A stretch of 64,000 bases of DNA from Bacteroidaceae bacterium (GTDB taxonomy: Bacteria; Bacteroidota; Bacteroidia; Bacteroidales; Bacteroidaceae), in NCBI GenBank assembly GCA_045534955.1, contig JAZSKR010000020.1:466013-530012 (forward strand), written 5' to 3'. Below are positions 38,174-49,300 of the stretch, piece after piece. The number at the start of each line of letters is the position of its first letter. Within the stretch, counting starts at the first letter, position 1. Under the pieces are notes generated by a model that did no database searches, was not told the origin of the DNA, and worked only from the letters and a program-made list of their open reading frames with translations. Both the position numbers and the translations under genes were made by a program.

Positions 38174-38923
38174 TTGAAAGTTAAGAAGGTTCTCATATCC
38201 CAGCCGCAGCCTACAACAGGCAAGTCTCCCTATTTTGATCTGGCTGAGAAATATGGCGTAGAGTTTGTGTTCAAACCTTTCATCCGTGTTGATCCGCTCA
38301 GTGCCAAAGAGTTCAGACAGCAGCATGTCAACATACTTGACCACACAGCTGTAGTATTCACTTCACGTCACGCTGTTGACCATTTCTTCCAGCTTTGCGC
38401 CGAGATGAGAGTAAATATCCCGGAGGATATGAAGTATTTCTGCATCACCGAGACAGTATCTCTCTACATCCAGAAGTATGTCCAGTACCGCAAGCGTAAG
38501 GTTTTCTTCGGCAACACCGGTAAGGTAGACAGCCTTTTGGCTCCTATACTTAAGCATAAGACAGAGAAGTATTTCATTCCGATGTCAAATGTTCATACCG
38601 GTGAACTCAAGGAACTTCTTGATGCCAACAAGATTGCTCATACCGAGGCAGTAATGTACCGCACCGTAAGCAATGAGTTTGCAGCAGGTGAGCTTGATGA
38701 TTACGATATGCTGGTGTTCTTCAGCCCCGCCGGTATCGAGTCTCTCAAGCAGAACGCTCCTGACTTTGTACAGGGTGAGAAGATCATAGGCTGCTTTGGC
38801 GGAACTACCGCAAAGGCCATCCGTGATGCTGGTCTGCGCCTTGATATCGAGGCTCCGGTTCCCGGAATCACCTCCATGTCTGCAGCCATTGATGCATGGT
38901 TCGCAGCCAATCAGAAGAAGTAA
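38174..38923 (+). CDS. hemD: Uroporphyrinogen-III synthase
   Basis: 249 aa. The KVKKVLISQPQP opening and two-lobe HemD pattern (VVFTSRHAVDHF, LVFFSPAGIESL). TTG start; no in-frame ATG nearby. Confidence 0.75.
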   Translation: MKVKKVLISQPQPTTGKSPYFDLAEKYGVEFVFKPFIRVDPLSAKEFRQQHVNILDHTAVVFTSRHAVDHFFQLCAEMRVNIPEDMKYFCITETVSLYIQKYVQYRKRKVFFGNTGKVDSLLAPILKHKTEKYFIPMSNVHTGELKELLDANKIAHTEAVMYRTVSNEFAAGELDDYDMLVFFSPAGIESLKQNAPDFVQGEKIIGCFGGTTAKAIRDAGLRLDIEAPVPGITSMSAAIDAWFAANQKK

Positions 38924-38939
38924 TACGTATCTTATACTG

Positions 38940-38986
38940 ACGGGTTCCCATCACTAAGGCTGTGCCTTAAGAGGAACCCGTTTTTT
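38940..38986 (+). terminator. Intrinsic terminator after hemD
   Basis: CGGGTTCC...GGAACCCG stem with an internal AAGGC-tgt-GCCTT hairpin, followed by T6. Confidence 0.5.
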
Positions 38987-38991
38987 ATTTG

Positions 38992-39384
38992 ATGATGTCA
39001 GGTTCAAACACATTCAGTAAGCAGGAACGTCTGTGCAGCAGTACACAGATAGACCGTCTCTTCAGAGAGGGAAACCGCCAGATTTCGGTTTTCCCCGTGC
39101 GTTTGGTCTGGCTTCTGACCGATGATTTCGAGGGAGTTCAGATTCTTATCAGTGCTCCTAAGCGGAATTTTCATCATGCGGTGGATCGGAACCGTATCAA
39201 ACGTCAGATCAGGGAGTTTTACCGCACATCATCAGCACCTCTTAAGGAGGCCGTCGCTTCAAAAGGGCAGGGCATGGCTCTTGCCTTCCTCTTCAACGAC
39301 ACCCGTCTTTGGGATTCTTCAAAGCTATGGGTGCGTCTTCTGTCAGCTATGGAAAAACTGGTTGAAGCGGTGTCTGAAAAATGA
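38992..39384 (+). CDS. rnpA: Ribonuclease P protein component
   Basis: About 130 aa and basic. The KQERLCS...F..G and [13 protein letters not shown] motifs are typical RnpA. It lies upstream of yidD. Confidence 0.8.
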   Translation: MMSGSNTFSKQERLCSSTQIDRLFREGNRQISVFPVRLVWLLTDDFEGVQILISAPKRNFHHAVDRNRIKRQIREFYRTSSAPLKEAVASKGQGMALAFLFNDTRLWDSSKLWVRLLSAMEKLVEAVSEK

Positions 39385-39623
39385 GGAATTTGTTAGGATA
39401 TTTTACTAAATCACTGGGGTGGTTGCTGATGCTTCCCATTCGGTTTTACCGCAAATTCATCTCACCCCTCACGCCACCTTCATGCAGGTTCACTCCAACC
39501 TGCTCGGAGTACGCAATTCAGGCAATTACCAAACATGGTCCCTTCAAGGGAACCTGGCTTGCCATTAAGCGTATCCTGCGATGTCATCCGTGGGGCGGCT
39601 CGGGTTATGATCCGGTTCCATGA
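39381..39623 (+). CDS. yidD: Membrane protein insertion efficiency factor YidD
   Basis: 80 aa. [27 protein letters not shown]...RCHPW motif. Confidence 0.9.
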   Translation: MRNLLGYFTKSLGWLLMLPIRFYRKFISPLTPPSCRFTPTCSEYAIQAITKHGPFKGTWLAIKRILRCHPWGGSGYDPVP

Positions 39624-40252
39624 ATATTCTGGACATCCATACTCACGTTTTGCCCGAGGTGCCGGGGTCGGCGCTGGTGTGCATAGGCTTCGGGCCGATA
39701 CCTCTGGAGCAGGGACACTGGTTCAGCGCCGGGCTTCATCCCTGGGATGTTACTGAAGATTTTGATAATCAGTTGGCTAAGTTGGAGAAGATGCTTGCGA
39801 ATCCCCGGGTCTCCGCGGTAGGTGAGTGTGGCTTCGATGCGCTGAAGGGCCCATCGCACGATTTGCAGGAGCAGGCATTCATACGCCAGATAGAACTGTC
39901 CGAGCGTTATGCCAAACCCATGATACTCCATGTGGTGCGCGATTTTGACAGTGTGATCCGCTTACGCCGTACGCTCAAGCCTTCTCAGCCCTGGCTCATT
40001 CACGGATTCCGCGGCGGTCCCGAGCAGATGAACCAACTGTACTCACACGGAATACTTGTCTCATTCGGCCTCAAGCACAACCCCGAATCCCTAAAAACAG
40101 TCCCCGTAGACCGTCTCTTCCTGGAAACCGATGGCAAAACCACAATCGATCAAACCATTTTATTGGCATCGGCCCTCCGCGAAACCCCGCCCCAAACAAT
40201 ACAAAAACAAATCACCCTAAACACCACCCACCTGCTATCCCTCGGGAGTTAA
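39620..40252 (+). CDS. TatD-family metal-dependent hydrolase (short form)
   Basis: DIHTHV N-terminal metal motif, GECGFD, and a [10 protein letters not shown]-type HxR motif. 4-nt overlap with yidD. Confidence 0.7.
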   Translation: MNILDIHTHVLPEVPGSALVCIGFGPIPLEQGHWFSAGLHPWDVTEDFDNQLAKLEKMLANPRVSAVGECGFDALKGPSHDLQEQAFIRQIELSERYAKPMILHVVRDFDSVIRLRRTLKPSQPWLIHGFRGGPEQMNQLYSHGILVSFGLKHNPESLKTVPVDRLFLETDGKTTIDQTILLASALRETPPQTIQKQITLNTTHLLSLGS

Positions 40253-40289
40253 AAGGAAGCGTGCGTTTGCGACTTTGATTAAAGAGTTG

Positions 40290-40297
40290 TATATTTG
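40290..40297 (+). promoter_or_regulatory. -7 box (TATATTTG) with a -33 TTTG (40266-40269) for tyrS
   Basis: TAnnTTTG lies 33 nt upstream of the ATG at 40330. A TTTG lies 20 nt upstream of the box, matching the Bacteroides sigma-AB consensus spacing. Confidence 0.45.
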
Positions 40298-40329
40298 CGC
40301 GCTTTTGTACAAAATCTAAGAACATATAT

Positions 40330-41628
40330 ATGACAAATTTTGTTGAAGAACTAACCTGGAGAGGCATGATCCACCAGATGATGCCTGGTACCGACGAACT
40401 CCTGAGCAAGGAACAGGTAACAGCTTACGTGGGCTTTGATCCCACCGCAGATTCCCTTCATATCGGACATCTGTGCAGTATCATGATACTCCGCCATTTC
40501 CAGCGCTGCGGACACAAACCCCTGGCTCTGATAGGAGGAGCCACCGGAATGATTGGTGACCCCAGCGGAAAATCACAGGAGCGCAACCTTCTCAATGAGG
40601 AAACTCTCAAGCATAATGTGGAGTGTATCCGCAAGCAATTGGCCAAGTTCCTGGACTTTGACAGCGACGCCTCCAATAAGGCAGAACTTGTAAATAATTA
40701 TGACTGGCTCAAGGACGTAACTTTCCTTGATTTTTCACGCGATATCGGTAAGCATATAACCGTCAATTACATGATGGCCAAGGACTCCGTAAAGAAGCGT
40801 CTGAACGGAGAGGCTCGTGACGGTCTTTCATTTACCGAGTTCACATACCAGCTCCTTCAGGGTTATGATTTCCTCTACCTGAACGAGCACAAGAACTGCA
40901 AACTCCAGATGGGAGGTGCAGACCAGTGGGGAAACATCACCACCGGCGCTGAACTCATACGCCGTATCAACGGAACCGAGTGCTTTGCCCTGACCTGCCC
41001 GCTCATAACCAAGTCTGACGGCACCAAGTTCGGCAAGACCGAGGGCGGTAACGTATGGCTCAACCCCGAGTATACATCGCCTTACAAGTTCTATCAGTTC
41101 TGGCTCAATGTCAGCGATGAGGACGCCAAGCGTTACATCAAGATATTCACAAACATCGAAAAGGAGGAGTGTGAGGCCCTGATTGCCGAGCACGATGCCG
41201 CTCCGCATCTGCGCCTGGTCCAGAAGCGTCTGGCCAAGGATGTCACCTGCATGGTTCACAGTGAAGAGGATTACAAGGCAGCCGCAGAGGCATCGGACAT
41301 ACTGTTCGGCAACTCTGCCAGTGCCGACGACCTCAAGAACATCGACGAGTCAATGCTTCTCTCGGTGTTTGACGGTGTTCCCCAGTTCCGTTTCAACCGC
41401 GAGGTGCTCAAACAGGATGTAAAGGCATCGGATTTCCTGACTGATATCTGCCCGGTATTCTTCAGCAAGAGCGAGGCCCGCAAGATGATGCAGGGAGGCG
41501 GAGTTTCGGTCAACAAGGAAAAAACATATGACCACTCACGTGTCTTCACTGAGGCGGATCTGGTAGACGGCCGCTACATAGTGTTGCAGAGAGGCAAGAA
41601 AAACTACTATCTCCTGATAGCCGAATAA
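40330..41628 (+). CDS. tyrS: Tyrosine--tRNA ligase
   Basis: 432 aa. HIGH motif (SLHIGHL), KMSKS-type KFGKT and a C-terminal S4-like domain. Confidence 0.95.
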   Translation: MTNFVEELTWRGMIHQMMPGTDELLSKEQVTAYVGFDPTADSLHIGHLCSIMILRHFQRCGHKPLALIGGATGMIGDPSGKSQERNLLNEETLKHNVECIRKQLAKFLDFDSDASNKAELVNNYDWLKDVTFLDFSRDIGKHITVNYMMAKDSVKKRLNGEARDGLSFTEFTYQLLQGYDFLYLNEHKNCKLQMGGADQWGNITTGAELIRRINGTECFALTCPLITKSDGTKFGKTEGGNVWLNPEYTSPYKFYQFWLNVSDEDAKRYIKIFTNIEKEECEALIAEHDAAPHLRLVQKRLAKDVTCMVHSEEDYKAAAEASDILFGNSASADDLKNIDESMLLSVFDGVPQFRFNREVLKQDVKASDFLTDICPVFFSKSEARKMMQGGGVSVNKEKTYDHSRVFTEADLVDGRYIVLQRGKKNYYLLIAE

Positions 41629-41639
41629 GGGAAAAACCC

Positions 41640-41647
41640 TATATTTG
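41640..41647 (+). promoter_or_regulatory. -7 box (TATATTTG) upstream of tRNA-Gln
   Basis: TAnnTTTG lies 25 nt upstream of the tRNA 5' end. Confidence 0.4.
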
Positions 41648-41672
41648 CAAGCCCCTGGGGGCATAAGGCGAT

Positions 41673-41743
41673 TGTCGTATGGTGTAATGGTAGCACAACA
41701 GGTTTTGGTTCTGTTTGTCCTGGTTCGAATCCGGGTACGACAG
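41673..41743 (+). tRNA. tRNA-Gln: tRNA-Gln (anticodon UUG)
   Basis: Hand-folded cloverleaf of 71 nt. Acceptor TGTCGTA/TACGACA, D-arm GTGT/GCAC, anticodon stem ACAGG/TCTGT with loop TTTTGGT (anticodon TTG), T-arm CCTGG-TTCGAAT-CCGGG, discriminator G. No encoded CCA. Confidence 0.85.
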
Positions 41744-41923
41744 CTTTTTTAGCAAAAAAATCCGCTGGTCGGAACAATTCTTAACGTCAATGGCACGTTT
41801 CTGGCGCCCAATGCCGGAAACGTGCCATATCTTTGTGGCGTAAGTTTTCATGCACATATTTGGTTAGTAATTGACTTTCGTGATGTCCGGACTCCGGTCT
41901 GAGAAGATGAGGACAAGGACCTT

Positions 41924-41957
41924 AAAAAGGGATCGCATCAAAGCGGTCTCTTTTTTT
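41924..41957 (+). terminator. Orphan intrinsic terminator-like hairpin in the tRNA-Gln/GH43 spacer
   Basis: A5-GGGATCGC-atcaaa-GCGGTCTC-T7: an 8-bp stem with two G-U pairs, flanked by A and T tracts. Confidence 0.45.
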
Positions 41958-42027
41958 CGTTCTTTTTATTTCTTCATTTTTTTTGAAAAAAAACCGAATA
42001 AAACTGTTTTCTAAGCCAAAAAAGAGT

Positions 42028-42035
42028 TAACTTTG
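42028..42035 (+). promoter_or_regulatory. -7 box (TAACTTTG) for the GH43 gene
   Basis: TAnnTTTG lies 47 nt upstream of the ATG at 42082. Confidence 0.4.
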
Positions 42036-42081
42036 GCCGCTAACTTGATTTTTTAGAAATAATATATTAACCAACAAACTT

Positions 42082-43116
42082 ATGAAGAAGCGTTATCTTT
42101 TTCCCGCTGATTACATGGCAGACCCCTCTGTACACGTATTCAACGGACGAGTTTACATCTATCCTTCACATGACTGGGAGTGCGAGAATGTCGAGAATGA
42201 CAACGGCGACCAGTACGTCATGAAAGATTATCACGTCCTTTCCACTGATGACATCATGAACGGTCAGGTGGTTGACCACGGTAAGGTAATAGGCCTTGAA
42301 GACATTCCATGGGCCGGCCGCCAGCTTTGGGACTGCGACGTTCAGGAGTATGAAATCGAGGTTCCCACCAACGCAGAGGAACAGTCTCAGGGAATGGGAT
42401 TCAGCAAAAAAATCAAGCGTTACATCATGTACTTCCCGATGAAGGACCGCAATGACGTTTTCCATTGGGGAACAGCCATCGCCCAGCGTCCTGAGGGTCC
42501 GTTCATCCCCAATCCCGCACCCGTACCCGGCAGTTACAGCATCGATATGTGCGCTTTCCGCGACGATGCAGACGGTGAGGTTTACGTATACTTCGGCGGT
42601 CTGTGGGGCGGTCAGTTGCAGCGTTACAAGGACAATATCCATCTGGAGACTCCGTATCTTCCCGAGGGTAAAGAGGATGCACTGCCCAGCCGCTGCGTAC
42701 GCCTGACCAAGGACGGTCTGAATTTTGCAGAGGCTCCGCGTCCCATCCTGGTAGTGGATGAGAAGGGTAATCCCCTTAAGGCCGATGATCCCCATCGCTT
42801 CTTCGAGGCATCCTGGATGCACAAATACAAAGGCAAATATTATTTCTCATATTCTACCGGTGACAGCCATCTGCTGTGCTATGCAACCGGTGACAATCCC
42901 TATGGTCCCTTCACTTACCAGGGTGTCATCCTGACCCCCGTAGTAGGTTGGACAACCCACCACTCAATCATTGAGTACAAAGGCAAATGGTATCTGTTCC
43001 ATCATGACAGTGTGCCTTCGGGCGGCAAGTCATGGCTCCGCAGCCTTAAAGTCTGCGAGATAGAATACGATGCCCAGGGTCACATCAAGACCATCGAGGG
43101 TATTGATAAGGAATAA
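42082..43116 (+). CDS. Glycoside hydrolase family 43 (beta-xylosidase/alpha-L-arabinofuranosidase type); no signal peptide
   Basis: 344 aa. ADPSVHVFNGRVYIYPSHD (catalytic Asp region), a five-bladed propeller pattern and EASWMHKYKGKYYFSYS (catalytic Glu region). Confidence 0.85.
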   Translation: MKKRYLFPADYMADPSVHVFNGRVYIYPSHDWECENVENDNGDQYVMKDYHVLSTDDIMNGQVVDHGKVIGLEDIPWAGRQLWDCDVQEYEIEVPTNAEEQSQGMGFSKKIKRYIMYFPMKDRNDVFHWGTAIAQRPEGPFIPNPAPVPGSYSIDMCAFRDDADGEVYVYFGGLWGGQLQRYKDNIHLETPYLPEGKEDALPSRCVRLTKDGLNFAEAPRPILVVDEKGNPLKADDPHRFFEASWMHKYKGKYYFSYSTGDSHLLCYATGDNPYGPFTYQGVILTPVVGWTTHHSIIEYKGKWYLFHHDSVPSGGKSWLRSLKVCEIEYDAQGHIKTIEGIDKE

Positions 43117-43149
43117 TCTCCTATGTCTAATATTTAAATGACTCATATA

Positions 43150-46100
43150 ATGAAAAGACTCAAATCCCTAACTAACCGTTCCAGGTTGTTCGGTGCAATT
43201 CTGACCGTCTTGGCCACAGTGTTCGGTATGCAGTCATGCCGTCCGGACTTTGACCTTGACAAGAGAATGCCGGAATGGCTTGGTACCAGTATCTATGAGA
43301 CTCTTAGCGAAGGCTTCAGGAATGACAGCACCGGCGAGGAGTACTCATTCAAAACATTCATCAGGCTTATTGAGGATATGGATCAGGTCAACATCCTGGC
43401 CAAGACCGGTAGTAAGACCCTGTTCGTAGCCGATGACAAGGCATTCGAGCGTTTCTTCAAGGATTGCCCGTTTGTAGATGCCAACGGAAACAAGATTACA
43501 AGTTATGAGCAACTCAGCAAGGCTCAGAAATCTATGATTCTGAACGGTTCGATGCTAAATAACGTGTATCAGGTAGCCATGCTTTCCAGTAGCCCCGGCG
43601 GCGAACAGTCACCTCCTATTCTGGGTAACTGTATGCGTAGGGTATCGGCCGCACAGGTACTGGATACCATCCCGGTTGTAAAGCCTCAGGACATGCCCAA
43701 GAACAACGCTTACTGGGATCGTCTCCGCAACAAGAGCGACAAGGGTATCGTACTTCTGCAGGATGGAACCAACAAGCCTATCATATTCTTCGTAAACAAG
43801 TTCCTGGAGTCAAACAAGATAGACAGGGATGATTACGACTTCCTGTTCCGTCTGGGTAAGTACAGCCGTCCCAACAACATCAGACCAGCCCACAAGCCGG
43901 GTGATGCCAGCGTGAACGGTGTAACCATCGCATGGCCCAACAAGAAGTGCTTCAACGGATTCCTCCATGTTATGTCAGATGTAGTATATCTGCTGCCTAA
44001 CATGGCCGATTATATCGCTTCAAACCCCAACGCCAGAATTTACAGTTCTATTCTGGAGCGTTTCGCAGTACCTTATTATTCAGGTGCCGCCAAGCAGGAG
44101 AGGGATGTTAACGTCAGAATGCTTATCAATTCAGGTCTTGTTACCAATCCTGCCCTCAAGGAGGCTATGGATGCCAATACAGACTCTGTATTTGTAAAGA
44201 AGTATCTGTCCAAGCGTGCCAGAATCGGATCACGTACCGAGCCTGAGACCCAGAAGACCAATTTGGATCAGATGGCTCCCACAGACAACCTTCTCAAGTT
44301 TGATCCGGGATGGAACAGCTTTATCTCATCTACTATAGGCAGCAACACTGATGTAGCCCTCCAGAAAGATATGGGCCTTATGTTCGTTCCTCTGGATGAC
44401 GCCCTCAAGCAGTGGTGGCTTGATGAGAGCCAGGTCGGTGCCCGTCTGAGAGCCCGTTACGGACTTGAAGAGTTCAAGGGCCGCAATGACCTTACCGTTG
44501 ATGAGGTTATAAAGGATATGGGTCAGATTCCTATGAGCGTTATCCTTGAACTTGTCAACGTGAACATGCAGTCTTCTCTGATCGGTTCAGTTCCCAGCAA
44601 GTTCTCAAGCGTGCTCAACGATGCACAGGATCCTTTCTTTGAGAACAAGAGCCGTGAGGAGGCCGAGTCAACAATTTCAGATGTTGTAATGTGCTGCAAC
44701 GGTGCCGTTTATTTCACTACAAACGTATATGTTCCTACAGCTTACAAGTCAGTTGCATATCCTGTTCTTGTAAATGAGAAACTCAAGATTATTGACTGGG
44801 CCATCCGTACTGATGAGGTATTGGCATACAGGGCTTACCTGAACTCAATGGTATCAGAGTACAGCTTCTTCGTACCTCTGATCGATACTGTTGGTACTCC
44901 GCTTCCTGAGTTCAAGAACAAGCTGGTTTGGATCGATCCCGCTTCATTCTATCTGCAGAAGGAAGGTTACTCACTCAAGGCTCTTGCTTTCAGTTACGGC
45001 AAGAACACCAAGAATGAGGATAAGGTCCTGGCCGATGTATATGATTATGATGACACTCTCGGAACATTCGTCGCCACTGGTGACCAGCTCATTCCTGATG
45101 TTGTCACTGTGAATAATGAGACCAGAGATAATGACGATGCCAAGTTCGTCCGCAACCGTCTGCTCGACATCATGGATTACCATATTATAATAGGTGATGT
45201 GGAGGACGCTTCAGTACAGGATGAATTCGGTTACTCATACTTCAGGACCAAGGGCCGCGGAACCATAAGGTTCAAGAATACCGGTGCATTCGGCGATGTA
45301 ACAACCATGAGTGTACAGGGCGGCTGGCAGATCGAGCACCAGGGTATGGGTGATGAGATTGAGAGACCGGTCAAGATTCTTCAGCGTGTTGACTTGTCCA
45401 AGAAGACATCACTTACTCCCGGTAACGGACGTACCTATATCATTGACCGTCCGCTCATGCCTTCAAGAAAATCAGTATATGACATAGTTTCAGATACAGT
45501 TACATATCCCGAGTTCACATCCTTCTTCAAGGTTATGAAAGCGGCCGATATATTCGCAGACAAGTCAAACACCAACGACATAGGTTCTGCCAAGTGTATC
45601 TCAACTTTCAATACATATCACTATACCGTTTACATCCCCAAGAACGCAGGTGTTGACGCTCTGTTCGCAAGCGGAAAACTCATGTGGCCCGAGAAACTCC
45701 AGGCTATAGAGAATGAGTATGAGTTGCTCAAGCTTGATATTGAGGATGATTATACCGGTCCCGCACAGAGCAAGGACAGCGCAGTGAATGCAATGTTTAC
45801 AGATTCACTTATTGTACTGTCACAGCAGCTGTTCGGCGTTGCTGATACGGTCGGAGCCAAGGCAGCAGTTGCCAACAAGACAAATGCCAAGTACTTTACA
45901 AGAAAGAAACTCGCTCAGCTCCAGAACTTTGTCAAGTACCACATCCAGGATAACTCAGTGTATATCGGTGCCGATTTCAATGCCGGTGTTGACGAGCATG
46001 GTAATCCCGCCACCATTGCTGAGTATGAGACAGCTTTCATGAATGCTAACCAGCAGTTCGTAAAACTCTCTGTAAAGGGTGGTGCCGACATTACCGTTTC

Positions 46101-46314
46101 GGACAAGAACGGACATACCCGTCAGGTTCAGAAAACTACTACTGCTTCGGGCAAACCGTATTACAACATTATGTGCCGTGAGTATGAAGTCAAGCCGTTG
46201 TCCGGCTCAACTCTCTCAGAAGGTACATATACTACTTTCTCTATCGAGACTTCATCTTATGCGGTTGTTCATCTGATTGATGAACCGTTGTGTAACGGTG
46301 ACATGATTTTCTAA
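43150..46314 (+). CDS. Large lipoprotein with fasciclin (FAS1)-like repeats
   Basis: Lipobox VFGMQSC. FAS1 H1/H2-like motifs TLFVADDKAFERFF and NGFLHVMSDVV. About 1054 aa from the ATG at 43150. Confidence 0.6.
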   Translation: MKRLKSLTNRSRLFGAILTVLATVFGMQSCRPDFDLDKRMPEWLGTSIYETLSEGFRNDSTGEEYSFKTFIRLIEDMDQVNILAKTGSKTLFVADDKAFERFFKDCPFVDANGNKITSYEQLSKAQKSMILNGSMLNNVYQVAMLSSSPGGEQSPPILGNCMRRVSAAQVLDTIPVVKPQDMPKNNAYWDRLRNKSDKGIVLLQDGTNKPIIFFVNKFLESNKIDRDDYDFLFRLGKYSRPNNIRPAHKPGDASVNGVTIAWPNKKCFNGFLHVMSDVVYLLPNMADYIASNPNARIYSSILERFAVPYYSGAAKQERDVNVRMLINSGLVTNPALKEAMDANTDSVFVKKYLSKRARIGSRTEPETQKTNLDQMAPTDNLLKFDPGWNSFISSTIGSNTDVALQKDMGLMFVPLDDALKQWWLDESQVGARLRARYGLEEFKGRNDLTVDEVIKDMGQIPMSVILELVNVNMQSSLIGSVPSKFSSVLNDAQDPFFENKSREEAESTISDVVMCCNGAVYFTTNVYVPTAYKSVAYPVLVNEKLKIIDWAIRTDEVLAYRAYLNSMVSEYSFFVPLIDTVGTPLPEFKNKLVWIDPASFYLQKEGYSLKALAFSYGKNTKNEDKVLADVYDYDDTLGTFVATGDQLIPDVVTVNNETRDNDDAKFVRNRLLDIMDYHIIIGDVEDASVQDEFGYSYFRTKGRGTIRFKNTGAFGDVTTMSVQGGWQIEHQGMGDEIERPVKILQRVDLSKKTSLTPGNGRTYIIDRPLMPSRKSVYDIVSDTVTYPEFTSFFKVMKAADIFADKSNTNDIGSAKCISTFNTYHYTVYIPKNAGVDALFASGKLMWPEKLQAIENEYELLKLDIEDDYTGPAQSKDSAVNAMFTDSLIVLSQQLFGVADTVGAKAAVANKTNAKYFTRKKLAQLQNFVKYHIQDNSVYIGADFNAGVDEHGNPATIAEYETAFMNANQQFVKLSVKGGADITVSDKNGHTRQVQKTTTASGKPYYNIMCREYEVKPLSGSTLSEGTYTTFSIETSSYAVVHLIDEPLCNGDMIF

Positions 46315-46332
46315 TAAGCAAACATAGAGGAA

Positions 46333-49300
46333 ATGAAATATACTAACAGATTTTTTAGATGGGCGATGGCCGCTGTTCTGGCCGTAATGCCCGGTTTGCT
46401 TCAGGCACAGAAGGCCGGCGATGTCATCAGTGGTGTCATTGAAGACGCAGAAGGCCCTATGATGATGGTGAATGTAACTGAAAGAGATGCCGCTGACCGT
46501 ATCGTGGCTCACGACATCACCGATATGGAAGGTAACTTCTCTTTCCGTCTGGTCAATCCCAATGACCACCTTCAGGTTACATACGTAGGTTATGAGACTG
46601 TTGATATTCCTATCAACAAGACCTACTTTGAGATTACGATGAAGGAAGCAGGTGAGATTCCTGAGGTTGAGATTACAGCCGAGCGCTATCAGGAGACCAC
46701 CGGTCTTCAGATTCCTCTGCGTGAGGCATCATCCGTGGTTCAGACCATTAATATGGATGATTTCGCCGATCTCGGTATAACCACAGTCGATGAGGCTCTT
46801 CAGGGTCAGGTTGCAGGACTTGACATCGTGTTCGACTCAGGTGACCTTGGTTCACGTTCAACAATGCGTCTGCGTGGTCAGTCAACTCTGACCGGTGACG
46901 GTAACCCGCTTATCGTTATTGACGGTAATATCCTGTCAATCGATGAGAACACCATGAACATGACCACTGAGATGATCAACCAGGATCTGGGCGGAAGTAT
47001 TCTTAACGGTAACAGTCCTGAGCAGGATCGTCTGGCCGAGTTGTTGAGTATCAACCCCGCCGATATCCAGTCAATATCATTCCTTAAGGATGCCGCTGCT
47101 ACAGCCATCTGGGGTATGCGCGGTGCCAACGGTGTTATGGAAATCAAGACCAAGCGCGGACAGCGCGGTGCCACCCGTGTAAACTACTCATATCGTCTCA
47201 ACGCCAACTTCCAGCCTGAGGGTTATAAGTATCTTAACGGTGACCAGTACACAATGTTCGTTAAGGAGTCACTCTTCAACCCGCATCTGGACGATTCACG
47301 TACCAACTCAATCTGGGAGATCAACTACGTTCAGACCAGACCTGAGTATGAGATGTGGAATGACAATACCGATTGGGTATCAGCTGTAAAGAAAGTAGGT
47401 ATCTCACAGTCACATAACCTGTCAGTATCAGGTGGTGGTGATAAGGCTCAGTTCCGTATTTCGGCCGGTTTCGATGATGAGACAGGTACCGTAATCGGTC
47501 AGAAGATGAACCGTTTCACAACACGTGTCAACTTTGACTACTTCGTTTCAGAGCGTATCAGGGTTTCTACAAACTTCTCAATGTCATACTCAAACAACCG
47601 TCGTAGCGGTAGCGCCGCTGTAAGCAGTGCTCAGGAGATGATGCCTAACCTGGCTATCTACTATGAGGATCCTCTTACAGGTGAACCCACCGGTGAGTAT
47701 TACCTGATGCCTTCAACTTCATCGTCAGATCTGCCCAAACAGAACAACCCCGTTCTGGAGGCTGCCGAGAAGGAGAGCAACAGCATCAGTCTGAATGTAA
47801 ACCCCGATTTCCGTATCACCTATAATCTGTTGGGACTTGAAAATGATCAGACCCGACTCAGATATGAGGGTCAGGTAACATTCGGCGTGTCTAACAGCAG
47901 TAGTGAGAACTACACTCCTCAGACCCTGTCACGTGACGGTTGGTCTGACCAGAACGCCAACTCTACCTCTACCAGTTCAAACAAGAACTCACAGATCAAT
48001 ACCCAGCACTCACTCACGTTCCAGCCGCATATCAAGAACCGTAACCACAGTTTCCAGGCAATGGCCAGAATGACAGTGAACAACAGTAACGGTAAGAGCA
48101 TGAGTACCGGTGTAGGCGGCCTTCCTTCAGGTCCTTTCAAATCACCCGGTCTGCCCGGCCGTATCACCGGCATGAGCACAGGTGCAAGCCGTAACCGCAG
48201 TGTAGGTATTACCACTCAGTTGCACTACTCATATAAGAGTAAGTACTCATTAACATTCACTACCCGTTCAGATGGTACCACCAGAACAGGTAACGCCAAG
48301 AAGTGGGGTACATTCCCTGCCGCTTCAGCACGTTGGAACATCACTGATGAGAAGTGGTTTGACGCTATCCGTGAGAGCGGTCTGCTTACAATGGCCGGTT
48401 TCACAATGAGTTGGGGTTTCACAGGTAATGCTCCGGGCGGTGACGATATGTTCCGCAGCCGTTATTCATCCGGTGATTCTTACATGGGTATCTCCACTAT
48501 CTATCCCGCCAACATCCGTCTTAGCGATTTCCAGTGGGAGGAGTCAACTCAGTGGAACTTCGGTCTTCAGTTAGGTCTGTTCAATGATAAGTTGAATGCA
48601 AGCATCAACTTCTATCATACCACCAATGACAAGCTGATCAACAGTAACTATCCTATTCCTTCATCATCCGGTTTCACATCACTCGGTGCTGTTAACGACG
48701 GTAAGATGATGAACGAAGGTTGGGATATGAGTATCTCTGCTAACCGTATCTATTCAACAAGACTGGCAGGCAAGGATTTCAGCGTTGGTGGTAGCATCAA
48801 CTTCGGTGACAACACCAACCAGGTGCTTGAGATGAATGAAATCATTCTTAAGAGCTGGCAGAAAGACTTTGACTATGACAATGCCCACCGTTCATACCTT
48901 TCATACGTGGCACTTAAGAACTCCTACGGTTCTATCTACGGTTTCAAGTATAAAGGCGTTTATCAGTACAGTGACTACAGTGAAGTTGAGGTTCCCGGCG
49001 TAAGCGGTCCTAACGCTCCTGTAGTAAAGGATGCCGATGGCAATGTAATCCTCAACTCAAAGGGCAAGACCAAGCCTATGATGTTCGGTTACGGAACCCT
49101 GACAACTCCTTACGAGTTTGTAGGCGGTGACGTAGCATATGAGGATATCAACAATGACGGTAATATCAACGAACTTGATATAGTTTACCTGGGTAGTTCA
49201 CTTCCTAAGATCAACGGTGGTTGCAGCCTGCGTATGTCTTGGGGACGTCTCTCATGGAGTAACAGTTTCAACTTCCGCGCAGGTAACAAGATCGTGAACA

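Noticed and set aside
41639-41857. 72-aa minus-strand ORF
   Set aside because: It overlaps the tRNA-Gln gene and its promoter on the opposite strand and has no supporting features.
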